DNA of 61,150 nucleotides, taken from IMG/VR virus record IMGVR_UViG_3300025572_000003; one strand, written 5' to 3'. Position numbers and translations under genes: made by a program. Source of the DNA: a virus. Shown here in pieces: positions 35,638-42,892 of the stretch. The notes below the pieces were generated by a model that made no database searches, was not told the DNA's origin, and was given only the letters and a program-made list of their open reading frames with translations. Each line of letters begins with the position of its first letter. Positions within the stretch are counted from its first letter, which is position 1.

Positions 35638-35716
35638 GCCTGATGGGCATAAGGCAAACTGTGCCAAACTGTCTATGAAAATTACCTAGTGTTGTTTTGA
35701 CCACTGGGCGCAGGGA

Positions 35717-35740
35717 GGACACGGTTCCTATTCCGTGTCC
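35717..35740 (+). promoter_or_regulatory. perfect 8-bp hairpin GGACACGG/CCGTGTCC (no U-tract)
   Basis: ggacacggttcctattccgtgtcc. Confidence 0.4.
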
Positions 35741-35827
35741 GAAAATTACTCCATTGAGGCATTAAATCCTGGTCATAAAATGATCCAAGTGACTTGAAAA
35801 TAATACGATTTGACCCATAGATTTGTG

Positions 35828-35856
35828 TTGATTGATCCTCGAAGATGGTGTATATT
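35828..35856 (+). promoter_or_regulatory. sigma70-like promoter for HTH paralog 2
   Basis: TTGATT-17 nt-TATATT. Confidence 0.5.
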
Positions 35857-35862
35857 GAATTT

Positions 35863-35895
35863 GTAAGTTGATAAGAGATTAATCAATCAACTTAC
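35863..35895 (+). promoter_or_regulatory. 10-bp perfect inverted repeat (operator or 5'-UTR hairpin) between promoter and RBS
   Basis: GTAAGTTGAT-13 nt-ATCAACTTAC. Confidence 0.55.
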
Positions 35896-35935
35896 ACAAG
35901 TGAAACCACAGTAACACACAAAAGGAAACATTATC

Positions 35936-36145
35936 ATGGCCACCAAGAAGATCGAGAATGTTGTTGAGTCCACGGTTGTTCCGGAGATCGATGTGGAGGA
36001 GCTCCTCAAGGAACACAAGACAAAGTCTAATGTTATCCGGTTTCTCTCGAGTCAGGGTAAGACTCGATCGGAGATCGCGAAACTCCTGAACATCCGGTAC
36101 CAACACGTCCGGAACGTCCTGACGACCCCGTTGAAAAAGGGATGA
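35936..36145 (+). CDS. small HTH DNA-binding protein, IRYQHVRNVL family, paralog 2
   Basis: KSNVIRFLSSQGKTRSEIAKLLNIRYQHVRNVLTTPL. Confidence 0.6.
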   Translation: MATKKIENVVESTVVPEIDVEELLKEHKTKSNVIRFLSSQGKTRSEIAKLLNIRYQHVRNVLTTPLKKG

Positions 36146-36159
36146 TTCACTGGTTCTTA

Positions 36160-36196
36160 GTAGGGTGGTTCACTACCACCCTACTCCTCCTCCTTT
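36160..36196 (+). terminator. rho-independent terminator after HTH paralog 2
   Basis: GTAGGGTGGT (36160-36169) / ACCACCCTAC (36175-36184), then TCCTCCTCCTTTT. Confidence 0.65.
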
Positions 36197-36212
36197 TGGT
36201 ACAGGTTCTGAG

Positions 36213-36440
36213 ATGACAACACAGAACAGAAGTGAATATGTGACCATCAACATTCTGATCCTTAGTCAAGACACTAGGATCAGGATCCTAAAGGAACTGA
36301 CTGACTACTATGGAGACTTGGTTCTAGATCTGACCAAACAGAACATACATCAACCAGACGTCCCATCTTGTATCGAGTCGGTCGAAGAAACTGGTGCGGC
36401 TATTAGAAATATCGTCCAGACCATCACTGACTATCTGTGA
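36213..36440 (+). CDS. hypothetical protein (start moved to ATG 36213 because GTG 36165 lies inside the terminator stem)
   Basis: ORF track 36165..36440. Confidence 0.4.
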   Translation: MTTQNRSEYVTINILILSQDTRIRILKELTDYYGDLVLDLTKQNIHQPDVPSCIESVEETGAAIRNIVQTITDYL

Positions 36441-36540
36441 CTAGGATCTTCCTAGTAGGGATCGGGGGTATGATGGTAATCATCATCTCCCTGATCCTCC
36501 TAGTTCAAATCCTGAGGTAAGGATAAGGAGTACACAACCA

Positions 36541-36627
36541 ATGCGCCCCACTATTGTCTTAGGCGAGCTCGCCTCGCTCACCGCGTTCCTCACCGCCCTC
36601 GTAGGCTGGCTGTACGTCCTCGCATGA
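36541..36627 (+). CDS. 28-aa hydrophobic peptide (MRPTIVLGELASLTAFLTALVGWLYVLA)
   Basis: AGGAG 10 nt upstream of the ATG. A strong terminator lies 25 nt downstream. Below the ORF-track size cut-off. Confidence 0.45.
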   Translation: MRPTIVLGELASLTAFLTALVGWLYVLA

Positions 36628-36652
36628 ATGTATGCCCGATTGAACACTGTCG

Positions 36653-36679
36653 GAAGAGGGCGCAAGCCCTCTTCTTTTT
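36653..36679 (+). terminator. strong rho-independent terminator
   Basis: GAAGAGGGC-gcaa-GCCCTCTTC followed by TTTTT. Confidence 0.85.
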
Positions 36680-36740
36680 GGTCCTTGTCGGGCCCGGACC
36701 GCCCAGGTCTGTATACAGCCCGCATATTTGCTCTACCTGC

Positions 36741-36780
36741 CCCTCGCCCATGCTACAACTCGCCCTCGCCCTCGCCCATG
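36741..36780 (+). repeat. CTCGCC-type simple repeats (ccctcgcccatg twice)
   Basis: ccctcgcccatgctacaactcgccctcgccctcgcccatg. Confidence 0.75.
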
Positions 36781-36852
36781 ATTTTTGCACTAGAAGACCA
36801 TCGCTTGTCCAAGATATAATGAATCCATACTTGCACAGAGCGAGGCCACATC

Positions 36853-37266
36853 ATGACCAGAGCCAAAACCACACATAGGCGCAGGAGCGAAGTAGTAGTA
36901 GTAGAGGTGGGTGACAGTGAGGACCCGAACACACTTGGTGTGCGGACGGAAACTTTGGAACAATTCCTACACGACATTCATGGGACGTCTTCCCAAGAGA
37001 ACTTACCGGAAAACGAAGGGATACCGTCCTTGCAGTTCTTGAAGGAACATTTCAAGACCAAGAGCGCGGCCATCCGGTATCTGCATGAGCTGGGCTTCCC
37101 TGTGAAAGTGATCGCCAAACACCTGAACATTCGGTATCAACATGCCCGAAATGTCTTGAAAACCGAGCTCAAACGCGGTCCCAACGAACCGCTACCTGCT
37201 GACCTTCTCAGTCTGGGCTGTGGTGGGATCGCGCAGACCATCCTAACATCGAAAGACCAAAATTGA
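36853..37266 (+). CDS. HTH DNA-binding protein, IRYQHVRNVL family, paralog 3 (longer N-terminus)
   Basis: KSAAIRYLHELGFPVKVIAKHLNIRYQHARNVLKTEL. Confidence 0.6.
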   Translation: MTRAKTTHRRRSEVVVVEVGDSEDPNTLGVRTETLEQFLHDIHGTSSQENLPENEGIPSLQFLKEHFKTKSAAIRYLHELGFPVKVIAKHLNIRYQHARNVLKTELKRGPNEPLPADLLSLGCGGIAQTILTSKDQN

Positions 37267-37302
37267 TGGTCAGACACAGACATTCCAAACTGAAACCGTA
37301 GA

Positions 37303-37338
37303 CAAACCCGTCGGACTTTAACGGCAAACCCGTCGAAC
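37303..37338 (+). repeat. 14-bp direct repeat CAAACCCGTCGRAC x2, 22-bp phasing
   Basis: caaacccgtcggac (37303-37316) and caaacccgtcgaac (37325-37338), upstream of CDS 37358. Confidence 0.7.
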
Positions 37339-37357
37339 ATTTAAAGGGCAACGTAAG

Positions 37358-37645
37358 ATGCCGATTGTGCAATATGTCCACCCGACAACGCAGACAACCG
37401 TTACTCGTACGATCCCTGTTCCAAAGAAAGTGCAGGAACTGTATAAAGGGTGGTACAAAGAGGCCCGCAAGTGGTGTCCGCAGATTCCGCCATTGAATGA
37501 ACCAAATGTAGGGCAATATGGTGATGGGAGGATCTATCGAGTACAGTCAGAACCCGAGGTTTCGTTGGATTGGATCAAGTTCGTGCTGGAGAACGACTTG
37601 GGTGAGAAAGCACATGTAGTCATCAACCGTCGTGCAAGAATGTAA
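37358..37645 (+). CDS. hypothetical protein
   Basis: ORF track. Confidence 0.5.
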   Translation: MPIVQYVHPTTQTTVTRTIPVPKKVQELYKGWYKEARKWCPQIPPLNEPNVGQYGDGRIYRVQSEPEVSLDWIKFVLENDLGEKAHVVINRRARM

Positions 37646-37667
37646 GCACGCATACGACTGAAGAACA

Positions 37668-37703
37668 GGGTGCCGCATTGGTATGTAGGCACCCCAAATT
37701 TTT
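37668..37703 (+). terminator. rho-independent terminator candidate
   Basis: GGGTGCC / GGCACCC stem followed by caaattttt. Confidence 0.5.
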
Positions 37704-37789
37704 CTACAAAACCGCCCGACAGGTAGGTGCATGGGCGGCACGGGCCCCAGAAATCCCATACAAAACAAGACATCCAAAGACTTCCTGAT

Positions 37790-38140
37790 ATATCCTCAGA
37801 CATGCTTATTCATTTATTCAAAGAAGTCATTAAAGTTCCTCGGTAACTAATGAAAGTAATAGGTAAATGCCGAGCTAACTCATTGAAAAACAACAAAAAA
37901 ATGGATTCCCCTAATTAATTAGTTTGTTTTTAGTCCTTTTTGAAATCCTTATGAATTTAGTAAATGTAAGCACATACCCTTTTTTTAAAAATCGAGACTC
38001 TACAAAACTAATGAAGTAATGGAACTCATTTTGTTGTTTAAAATCAACAACTTAGCTAGATGCCTCCCTATTACTAACATTACTTACCCAATCAATTTAA
38101 ATTCGACTTATTCACAAACTGCACCGCTATACCACATCAA
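37790..38140. other. non-coding AT-rich island (~28-32 % GC)
   Basis: Hand counts of five 60-nt lines give 27-32 % GC. Contains the palindrome ctaattaattag and an imperfect inverted repeat, ttgaaaaacaacaaaaaaatg vs cattttgttgtttaaaatcaa. Confidence 0.8.
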
Positions 38141-38188
38141 TGGTTTTGCGGGTTTTGCACGTTACATGTTTTTTGCGGGAATACACCG

Positions 38189-38206
38189 CAGCCCAGACTG
38201 CACTCA
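38189..38206 (-). repeat. intergenic box TGAGTGCAGTNTGGGYTG, copy 5 (inverted)
   Basis: Plus strand reads cagcccagactgcactca. Confidence 0.9.
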
Positions 38207-38237
38207 AAGAATGTTTTGGTCAAATACGGATTTCCTC

Positions 38238-38266
38238 TTGAGCTCGACAAATATTAATGATATAAT
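38238..38266 (+). promoter_or_regulatory. sigma70-like promoter
   Basis: TTGAGC-17 nt-TATAAT. Confidence 0.6.
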
Positions 38267-38307
38267 CAAGAAGTTAACCCATCAGGTTACAGGTAGGAGT
38301 AAAGAGG

Positions 38308-39051
38308 ATGCAGGCAGAAGACTTTGAAGACTTGGAAATGCATACTGAATTTCTTCCATCAGGCGAAGAACCGACTAAACCTGGGACAATCGAGGAAGCA
38401 AAAGCTCAGGCATATTTCAAGTTCTGCCAACATGTCACACAGCTCAAGCTTCTTGGGTATACCCAGACAGAACTTGCCCAACTACTAGCGCTCCCGCCAT
38501 ACTATGTTTCACATTATCTGAAGAAACGCCTACAGGTGACTGATGAGGTAGTCTTTAAGATTTCGGAGCTTCTTGACCAGGCATCTAAAGGCCTTCTCCC
38601 GCCTCCAAAACGCAGTGCGTCACATCCAGCCACTGCAGAAGGCGCAGAACATCAAGTATCTGGTAGACGGTCTACAGTGAGTGCTTCCAATTGGCCGTCA
38701 TTTGCTCGAGAGACTGAGGAAAGCCGCGCATTTGCAAGACATATTGTCAGTGAGTGGAACCAGAACCGCGGTAATTGGAATGAGATGAATGGCGTACAGC
38801 TTTCTATCCACTACTTGAAGATCCTAGGCGCAACTCATGCCGAGATCGGTGGTGTGATGAAAGCATGGCAGACTCAAGTTACGCTATTCCTGAATGGTGC
38901 AGTCCCGACGAAAAACCAGCTTCTGGAGCTGTATGAGTTTATCAAGCAAGGTATTCCCGATGAATTGAAGGAAGTTAGGTGGCTGGAGCTTCTAAGACAA
39001 GAAGCAATGGAAAAACTGGAGCAGAACATACACGAAAAATGGACTGGATAA
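38308..39051 (+). CDS. putative transcriptional regulator with two HTH-like segments
   Basis: LGYTQTELAQLLALPPYYVSHYLKK and LGATHAEIGGVMKAWQTQVTLFLNG. Confidence 0.45.
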   Translation: MQAEDFEDLEMHTEFLPSGEEPTKPGTIEEAKAQAYFKFCQHVTQLKLLGYTQTELAQLLALPPYYVSHYLKKRLQVTDEVVFKISELLDQASKGLLPPPKRSASHPATAEGAEHQVSGRRSTVSASNWPSFARETEESRAFARHIVSEWNQNRGNWNEMNGVQLSIHYLKILGATHAEIGGVMKAWQTQVTLFLNGAVPTKNQLLELYEFIKQGIPDELKEVRWLELLRQEAMEKLEQNIHEKWTG

Positions 39052-39071
39052 TCCACTTGCTAGACTATTGA

Positions 39072-39281
39072 ATGGTTCACTATAATAGAAGGCGTGGGGT
39101 AAACAGAAGGAACGGTAATATGTACGATGACCGCAAGGAAATTGAGATCGCTGAACGGACTCTTACGACTTCGGTTGCGCTGACGATTCTACGAGGCCTG
39201 TTCTGGGTCGTTGTAATGGCATACACTGCAATCTACGTGATGCCGTTTGCGTTAGATCTTGCACGGATTCTCAAGGAGTAA
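39072..39281 (+). CDS. hypothetical membrane protein
   Basis: TM segment LFWVVVMAYTAIYVMPFAL. Confidence 0.45.
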   Translation: MVHYNRRRGVNRRNGNMYDDRKEIEIAERTLTTSVALTILRGLFWVVVMAYTAIYVMPFALDLARILKE

Positions 39282-39285
39282 AGTC

Positions 39286-39537
39286 ATGACCATCACAGGC
39301 ATGACACGAGACACCATCGAGAGACGGATTCGACAGCTGGAGGCGGAAGCCTTGGCTGCACACAACAATGGAGATGAAGAGCATGCGGATCATTGTAGGC
39401 AGATGGCAGAAGTCTATCGCCAGAGTCGCCTGAAAATGATGGAGTTCGAGTCTGGCATACAAACTACTCGCATGTGGCTACTGTACATTGGGATTACCGT
39501 GTTTCTGGCGGCTGTGGGATACCTTTGTCTGCACTAA
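39286..39537 (+). CDS. hypothetical protein with C-terminal TM helix
   Basis: AAGGAG RBS before ATG 39286. C-terminal WLLYIGITVFLAAVGYLCL. Confidence 0.5.
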   Translation: MTITGMTRDTIERRIRQLEAEALAAHNNGDEEHADHCRQMAEVYRQSRLKMMEFESGIQTTRMWLLYIGITVFLAAVGYLCLH

Positions 39538-39608
39538 TAGACTGCAGCCCAACCACCACTACTACGAGTCTCCTGCGCTAACCGCGCGTATCCAAAGGCA
39601 GAACAACC

Positions 39609-39872
39609 ATGTCATATATGACCAAAGTATACAACTCTATCAGCATCGAAGCTCTGGACGAAACGACCAAAGAATGGCGTAGGATCTCATATGTCCAATA
39701 TGACCCATCACGTAAAGCGAATCGGCGTGTGGGCGATCAAATAGAGTATTGCCGTGCAGGAGCAATCGAACAAGCACAAAAGTGGATGGAGCAGTGGTAT
39801 CGTACACCGCAGTTCAATAAGCGACTGCTTCGCCTCGTCGACCATCGTTCAAATACGGAGATTGTACTCTGA
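39609..39872 (+). CDS. hypothetical protein
   Basis: ORF track. Confidence 0.5.
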   Translation: MSYMTKVYNSISIEALDETTKEWRRISYVQYDPSRKANRRVGDQIEYCRAGAIEQAQKWMEQWYRTPQFNKRLLRLVDHRSNTEIVL

Positions 39873-39953
39873 TGGGTAGGGATTTGACAAAGGGCGGATA
39901 GCAGGATATGCAGAAGCCAAGTGGGAGATCCGTCAAGCATTAGGAGTCATATC

Positions 39954-40310
39954 ATGACAGCACAAGCTATAGGCGATGCATTCACCAAACTAGCTAATGG
40001 CAAATACCAAGCATATGTCGTCAGCACGCCCAGAGACGGACTGTTTGTCGGTTATTTCATGGGACTTAGCTTTTGGTCTCTTTTGGATGCGGCTGGGCAA
40101 GACTGTATTCCGGTCTTTCCGTCCGTAGCTGAAGCCCGGGAAGCAATCAATCAAGGCCATGGAGAGGGATACTGCGAAAGTGCACATGCAACCTTCCACT
40201 GTATAACGGTCGAACATTTAGATCACGCAACGGCTCAGGAACTAGACAAAGCAGTTCCAACTATCCCGCCTGAAATGATCGCCCCACTTCGGTCGAACTC
40301 TCCAAACTAG
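39954..40310 (+). CDS. hypothetical protein
   Basis: AGGAG RBS before ATG 39954. Confidence 0.5.
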   Translation: MTAQAIGDAFTKLANGKYQAYVVSTPRDGLFVGYFMGLSFWSLLDAAGQDCIPVFPSVAEAREAINQGHGEGYCESAHATFHCITVEHLDHATAQELDKAVPTIPPEMIAPLRSNSPN

Positions 40311-40321
40311 CGGAGGCCGAA

Positions 40322-40834
40322 ATGGGAAAGACCCGAAAATTGGTTCCTCTTGTAGACTATGCTGAAGAAGTCATGGAGGACTTGCCAAAGTTGATCGCGT
40401 CTTACCCAACAGGTGTAAGGATCACACATCTTCAGGCGTACTATGGCGAAACGTCATCCAGAACAGTCAAAGTAATGTATATGCTTGCAGAACAGGGTAG
40501 AGTCCATTTAGGACGTACAACCTCTCGAGCACAGTACATCACTCCGATTGGGTATGAACCTCCTACCAAGTTTCCAGAACTAACGGAGCTGCAGCGCAAG
40601 CTGTTGATGTACATTCTGGACAAGTGTAACTCACACATACCGCCAGCATCAATGATCAAAACAAACTACCATCAACTCTCTCGGATTATGAACAGTTCAT
40701 ATGGTGGAATGCGTGCATGCCTAAAACGGCTCATTGAGCTTGGGTATCTACATATGACTGAGCAACCTAAATCTGGTAGACAAGATGGTATGGTAATCTC
40801 CATAGGAGCTAAGGCCCTAAAAGAGACATCTTGA
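40322..40834 (+). CDS. putative winged-helix DNA-binding protein
   Basis: MarR-like segment ..YHQLSRIMNSSYGGMRACLKRLIELGYLHM. Confidence 0.35.
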   Translation: MGKTRKLVPLVDYAEEVMEDLPKLIASYPTGVRITHLQAYYGETSSRTVKVMYMLAEQGRVHLGRTTSRAQYITPIGYEPPTKFPELTELQRKLLMYILDKCNSHIPPASMIKTNYHQLSRIMNSSYGGMRACLKRLIELGYLHMTEQPKSGRQDGMVISIGAKALKETS

Positions 40835-40860
40835 AATGTCCTAATGAATCATTGTATAAT
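40831..40860 (+). promoter_or_regulatory. sigma70-like promoter (paralogous to 48687..48716)
   Basis: TTGAAA-18 nt-TATAAT. Confidence 0.6.
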
Positions 40861-40865
40861 ATAGA

Positions 40866-41168
40866 ATGATGGGAAGAGGGAGCGGAAGTCAACCAATGTT
40901 TGAACATGCAATCCACGATCAAGTACCGAAAGGTACATACCTGATTGTCTTCTATGACGGTTGGAAGCATGTTGCTGAGGTCGTAACCGACATCTCACAG
41001 GAAGCGGTTACGCAACTATGCAAAGACATGGATGGTGCAGATATGTACGTATCGAGTTGCATGCGACTATCACCCGAACAAATTGAATCAAGCGACTACC
41101 GGATATTCATTAATAACAAGTGGCATGCAATCAGTGAACTGAAAACAAGGGAGTACTCTGACGAATGA
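40866..41168 (+). CDS. hypothetical protein
   Basis: ORF track. Confidence 0.5.
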   Translation: MMGRGSGSQPMFEHAIHDQVPKGTYLIVFYDGWKHVAEVVTDISQEAVTQLCKDMDGADMYVSSCMRLSPEQIESSDYRIFINNKWHAISELKTREYSDE

Positions 41169-41320
41169 CATACCCGAAGATCATGTTTGCAGGCTTTGTT
41201 GCGTTTTGTGCAATGATTGCCATGCAAGAGTATCAAGCACATCGTGCAGAACAGATTGCTGCACAGGCTGCAATTGAAGCTCAGAAGGAAATTGAATCCT
41301 TCCAGAACAAAATAATCTAG
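41165..41320 (+). CDS. 51-aa membrane protein (MTYPKIMFAGFVAFCAMIAMQEY...)
   Basis: ATGA overlap with the upstream stop. N-terminal TM helix. Below the ORF-track cut-off. Confidence 0.4.
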   Translation: MTYPKIMFAGFVAFCAMIAMQEYQAHRAEQIAAQAAIEAQKEIESFQNKII

Positions 41321-41352
41321 TCGTACATCAACCAGATGAAGAACAGGCAACC

Positions 41353-42285
41353 ATGATCGACCTTTCAAAGTTCAGACCACTCCTGTCTGCAACAGTTGAG
41401 CCAGGCACTGAACATTTGCTGAAGTTCCCGCTACTGGGTAGCCCGAAGATCGACGGTATTCGAGTTATCTGCCACCCAACTTTGGGACCAGTAACGCGTA
41501 CTCTGAAACCCGTACCAAACAAATTCATCCGGGAATATCTGTCGCATCCAATGTTGCGATGGCTTGATGGGGAAGTCGTTGTTGGCGATGCGTGTGCGCC
41601 AAACGTCTTCAACCTATCTCAGTCTGGAGTGATGTCACAGGACGGTACTCCAGATTTCACGTACATTGTGTTTGACCACTTTGGCAGTAGTTCACTCAAT
41701 TGTCCTTTCAGTCTTCGACTAAAGGATGCAGAGATTGCTGTACGAGAATTTGCCATACAGTCTGAAACGCAGTCGCGCGTACAGTTTCTTAAACACACCT
41801 TGATCGAAGACATCATCTCGCTAGATCAGTTCGAAAGCGAGATGTTGGACAAAGGTTATGAAGGTGTCATGCTTCGACACCCTCATGGCAAATACAAGTA
41901 CAACCGCTCTACCTTCAAAGAGCACATCCTCCTGAAAATGAAGCGGTACGAAGATGACGAAGCAGTCGTTATCGGGTGGGAGCCGCTCTACAGGAACAAC
42001 AACAAGGCATTTATCGATGAACGAGGGTACCAAAAGCGGTCAAGTCACCAAGCGAACAAAATTGCTGATGACAGTCTTCTAGGAAAACTTCTGGTCAGGG
42101 GTTCTTCAGGGAAGTGGGCTGGCGTTCAGTTTGACATTGGTTCCGGTTTTACTGAAAGCCAGCGGCGCGACTATCGAAATCAGATTGATTCCCTGATAGG
42201 TAAAACTGTGACATACAAATATCTACCATATGGGTCAAAGGATGCACCGCGCCATCCAATCTTCAAGGGCTTCCGCTATGACTGA
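41353..42285 (+). CDS. lig: ATP-dependent DNA ligase
   Basis: Adenylation motif I GSPKIDGIR (KxDG). EGVMLR motif. ~310 aa, typical of minimal phage ligases. Confidence 0.85.
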   Translation: MIDLSKFRPLLSATVEPGTEHLLKFPLLGSPKIDGIRVICHPTLGPVTRTLKPVPNKFIREYLSHPMLRWLDGEVVVGDACAPNVFNLSQSGVMSQDGTPDFTYIVFDHFGSSSLNCPFSLRLKDAEIAVREFAIQSETQSRVQFLKHTLIEDIISLDQFESEMLDKGYEGVMLRHPHGKYKYNRSTFKEHILLKMKRYEDDEAVVIGWEPLYRNNNKAFIDERGYQKRSSHQANKIADDSLLGKLLVRGSSGKWAGVQFDIGSGFTESQRRDYRNQIDSLIGKTVTYKYLPYGSKDAPRHPIFKGFRYD

Positions 42286-42835
42286 TCAGCAACCGCAATC
42301 GCTAGTAGAACTGACAAAGCTTCTACATCTGTACAATCTGCAGATGCAACAAGTGCGTGAAGAGTTCGACAAACAGCAAAAGGAGCTCAAGAGCAAAATT
42401 CAGGAAGTACAAACCCAAATCAAAATGTTGAACAGTGGCCTGGATCTTGGGAAGATCCGATCTGCTGAAGCCATTATCTATGTTGCAGGTAAGTATTTAA
42501 ATGGAGGTACTGCACGGAACACTGTTATCAACGATGTGATAGCATGGTTTTGTGAACTGGAGCCAGTAAACTATCCAAACCTCTGGCAAAGATATGCAGC
42601 CACCAAAGACTACGATCGGTGGTCGGGTCAGAGGCAGGATTGTGAATACGGGTTTGTCCCCAAACATGGCCGGATTGTCTTTGAAATTGGTATCCATCGT
42701 GATTTACGTCAAGCGTGGCCTGCTGATACCAAGCCATCACATGCATTTGCTCCCAGTGACATCGAAGCAGTAGTGTACTACCTGAACAACATTGAGCGCA
42801 TCGAACTTGCCAAAGAAGCCGGAGATGTAAAATGA
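42278..42835 (+). CDS. hypothetical protein (N-terminal coiled coil)
   Basis: ATG 42278 overlaps the ligase 3' end by 8 nt. Confidence 0.45.
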   Translation: MTDQQPQSLVELTKLLHLYNLQMQQVREEFDKQQKELKSKIQEVQTQIKMLNSGLDLGKIRSAEAIIYVAGKYLNGGTARNTVINDVIAWFCELEPVNYPNLWQRYAATKDYDRWSGQRQDCEYGFVPKHGRIVFEIGIHRDLRQAWPADTKPSHAFAPSDIEAVVYYLNNIERIELAKEAGDVK

Positions 42836-42892
42836 CTCGAAATACGGCTGAGATGCTTGCTCGAGGTCTTGCAAAACCGGAGGAAGACTAAC

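Noticed and set aside
34497-35640. Short repeat arrays as a CRISPR array
   Set aside because: The units are 6-15 bp with no regular 25-40 bp repeat/spacer organisation and no cas genes.
36165-36212. GTG 36165 as the start of ORF 36165..36440
   Set aside because: The GTG lies inside the 10-bp stem of the terminator that follows HTH paralog 2. The downstream ATG 36213 is a more plausible start.
36495-36520. T-loop-like GTTCAAATCC suggesting a tRNA
   Set aside because: The flanking bases do not form a T-stem, and no acceptor, D or anticodon arms can be drawn. No other tRNA-like sequence was seen in the window.
38019-38327. 102-aa ORF in the AT-rich island
   Set aside because: It starts in 30 % GC non-coding-looking sequence, has no RBS, and runs through box copy 5 and the promoter of CDS 38308. 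It is most likely a chance ORF.
38541-38585. Additional CTGATGAG occurrences as further hammerhead ribozymes (38545 plus strand; 49458 and 25790 on the minus strand)
   Set aside because: All lie inside coding sequence. None has a helix II hairpin followed by CGAAA, or a helix III with a GUH triplet.
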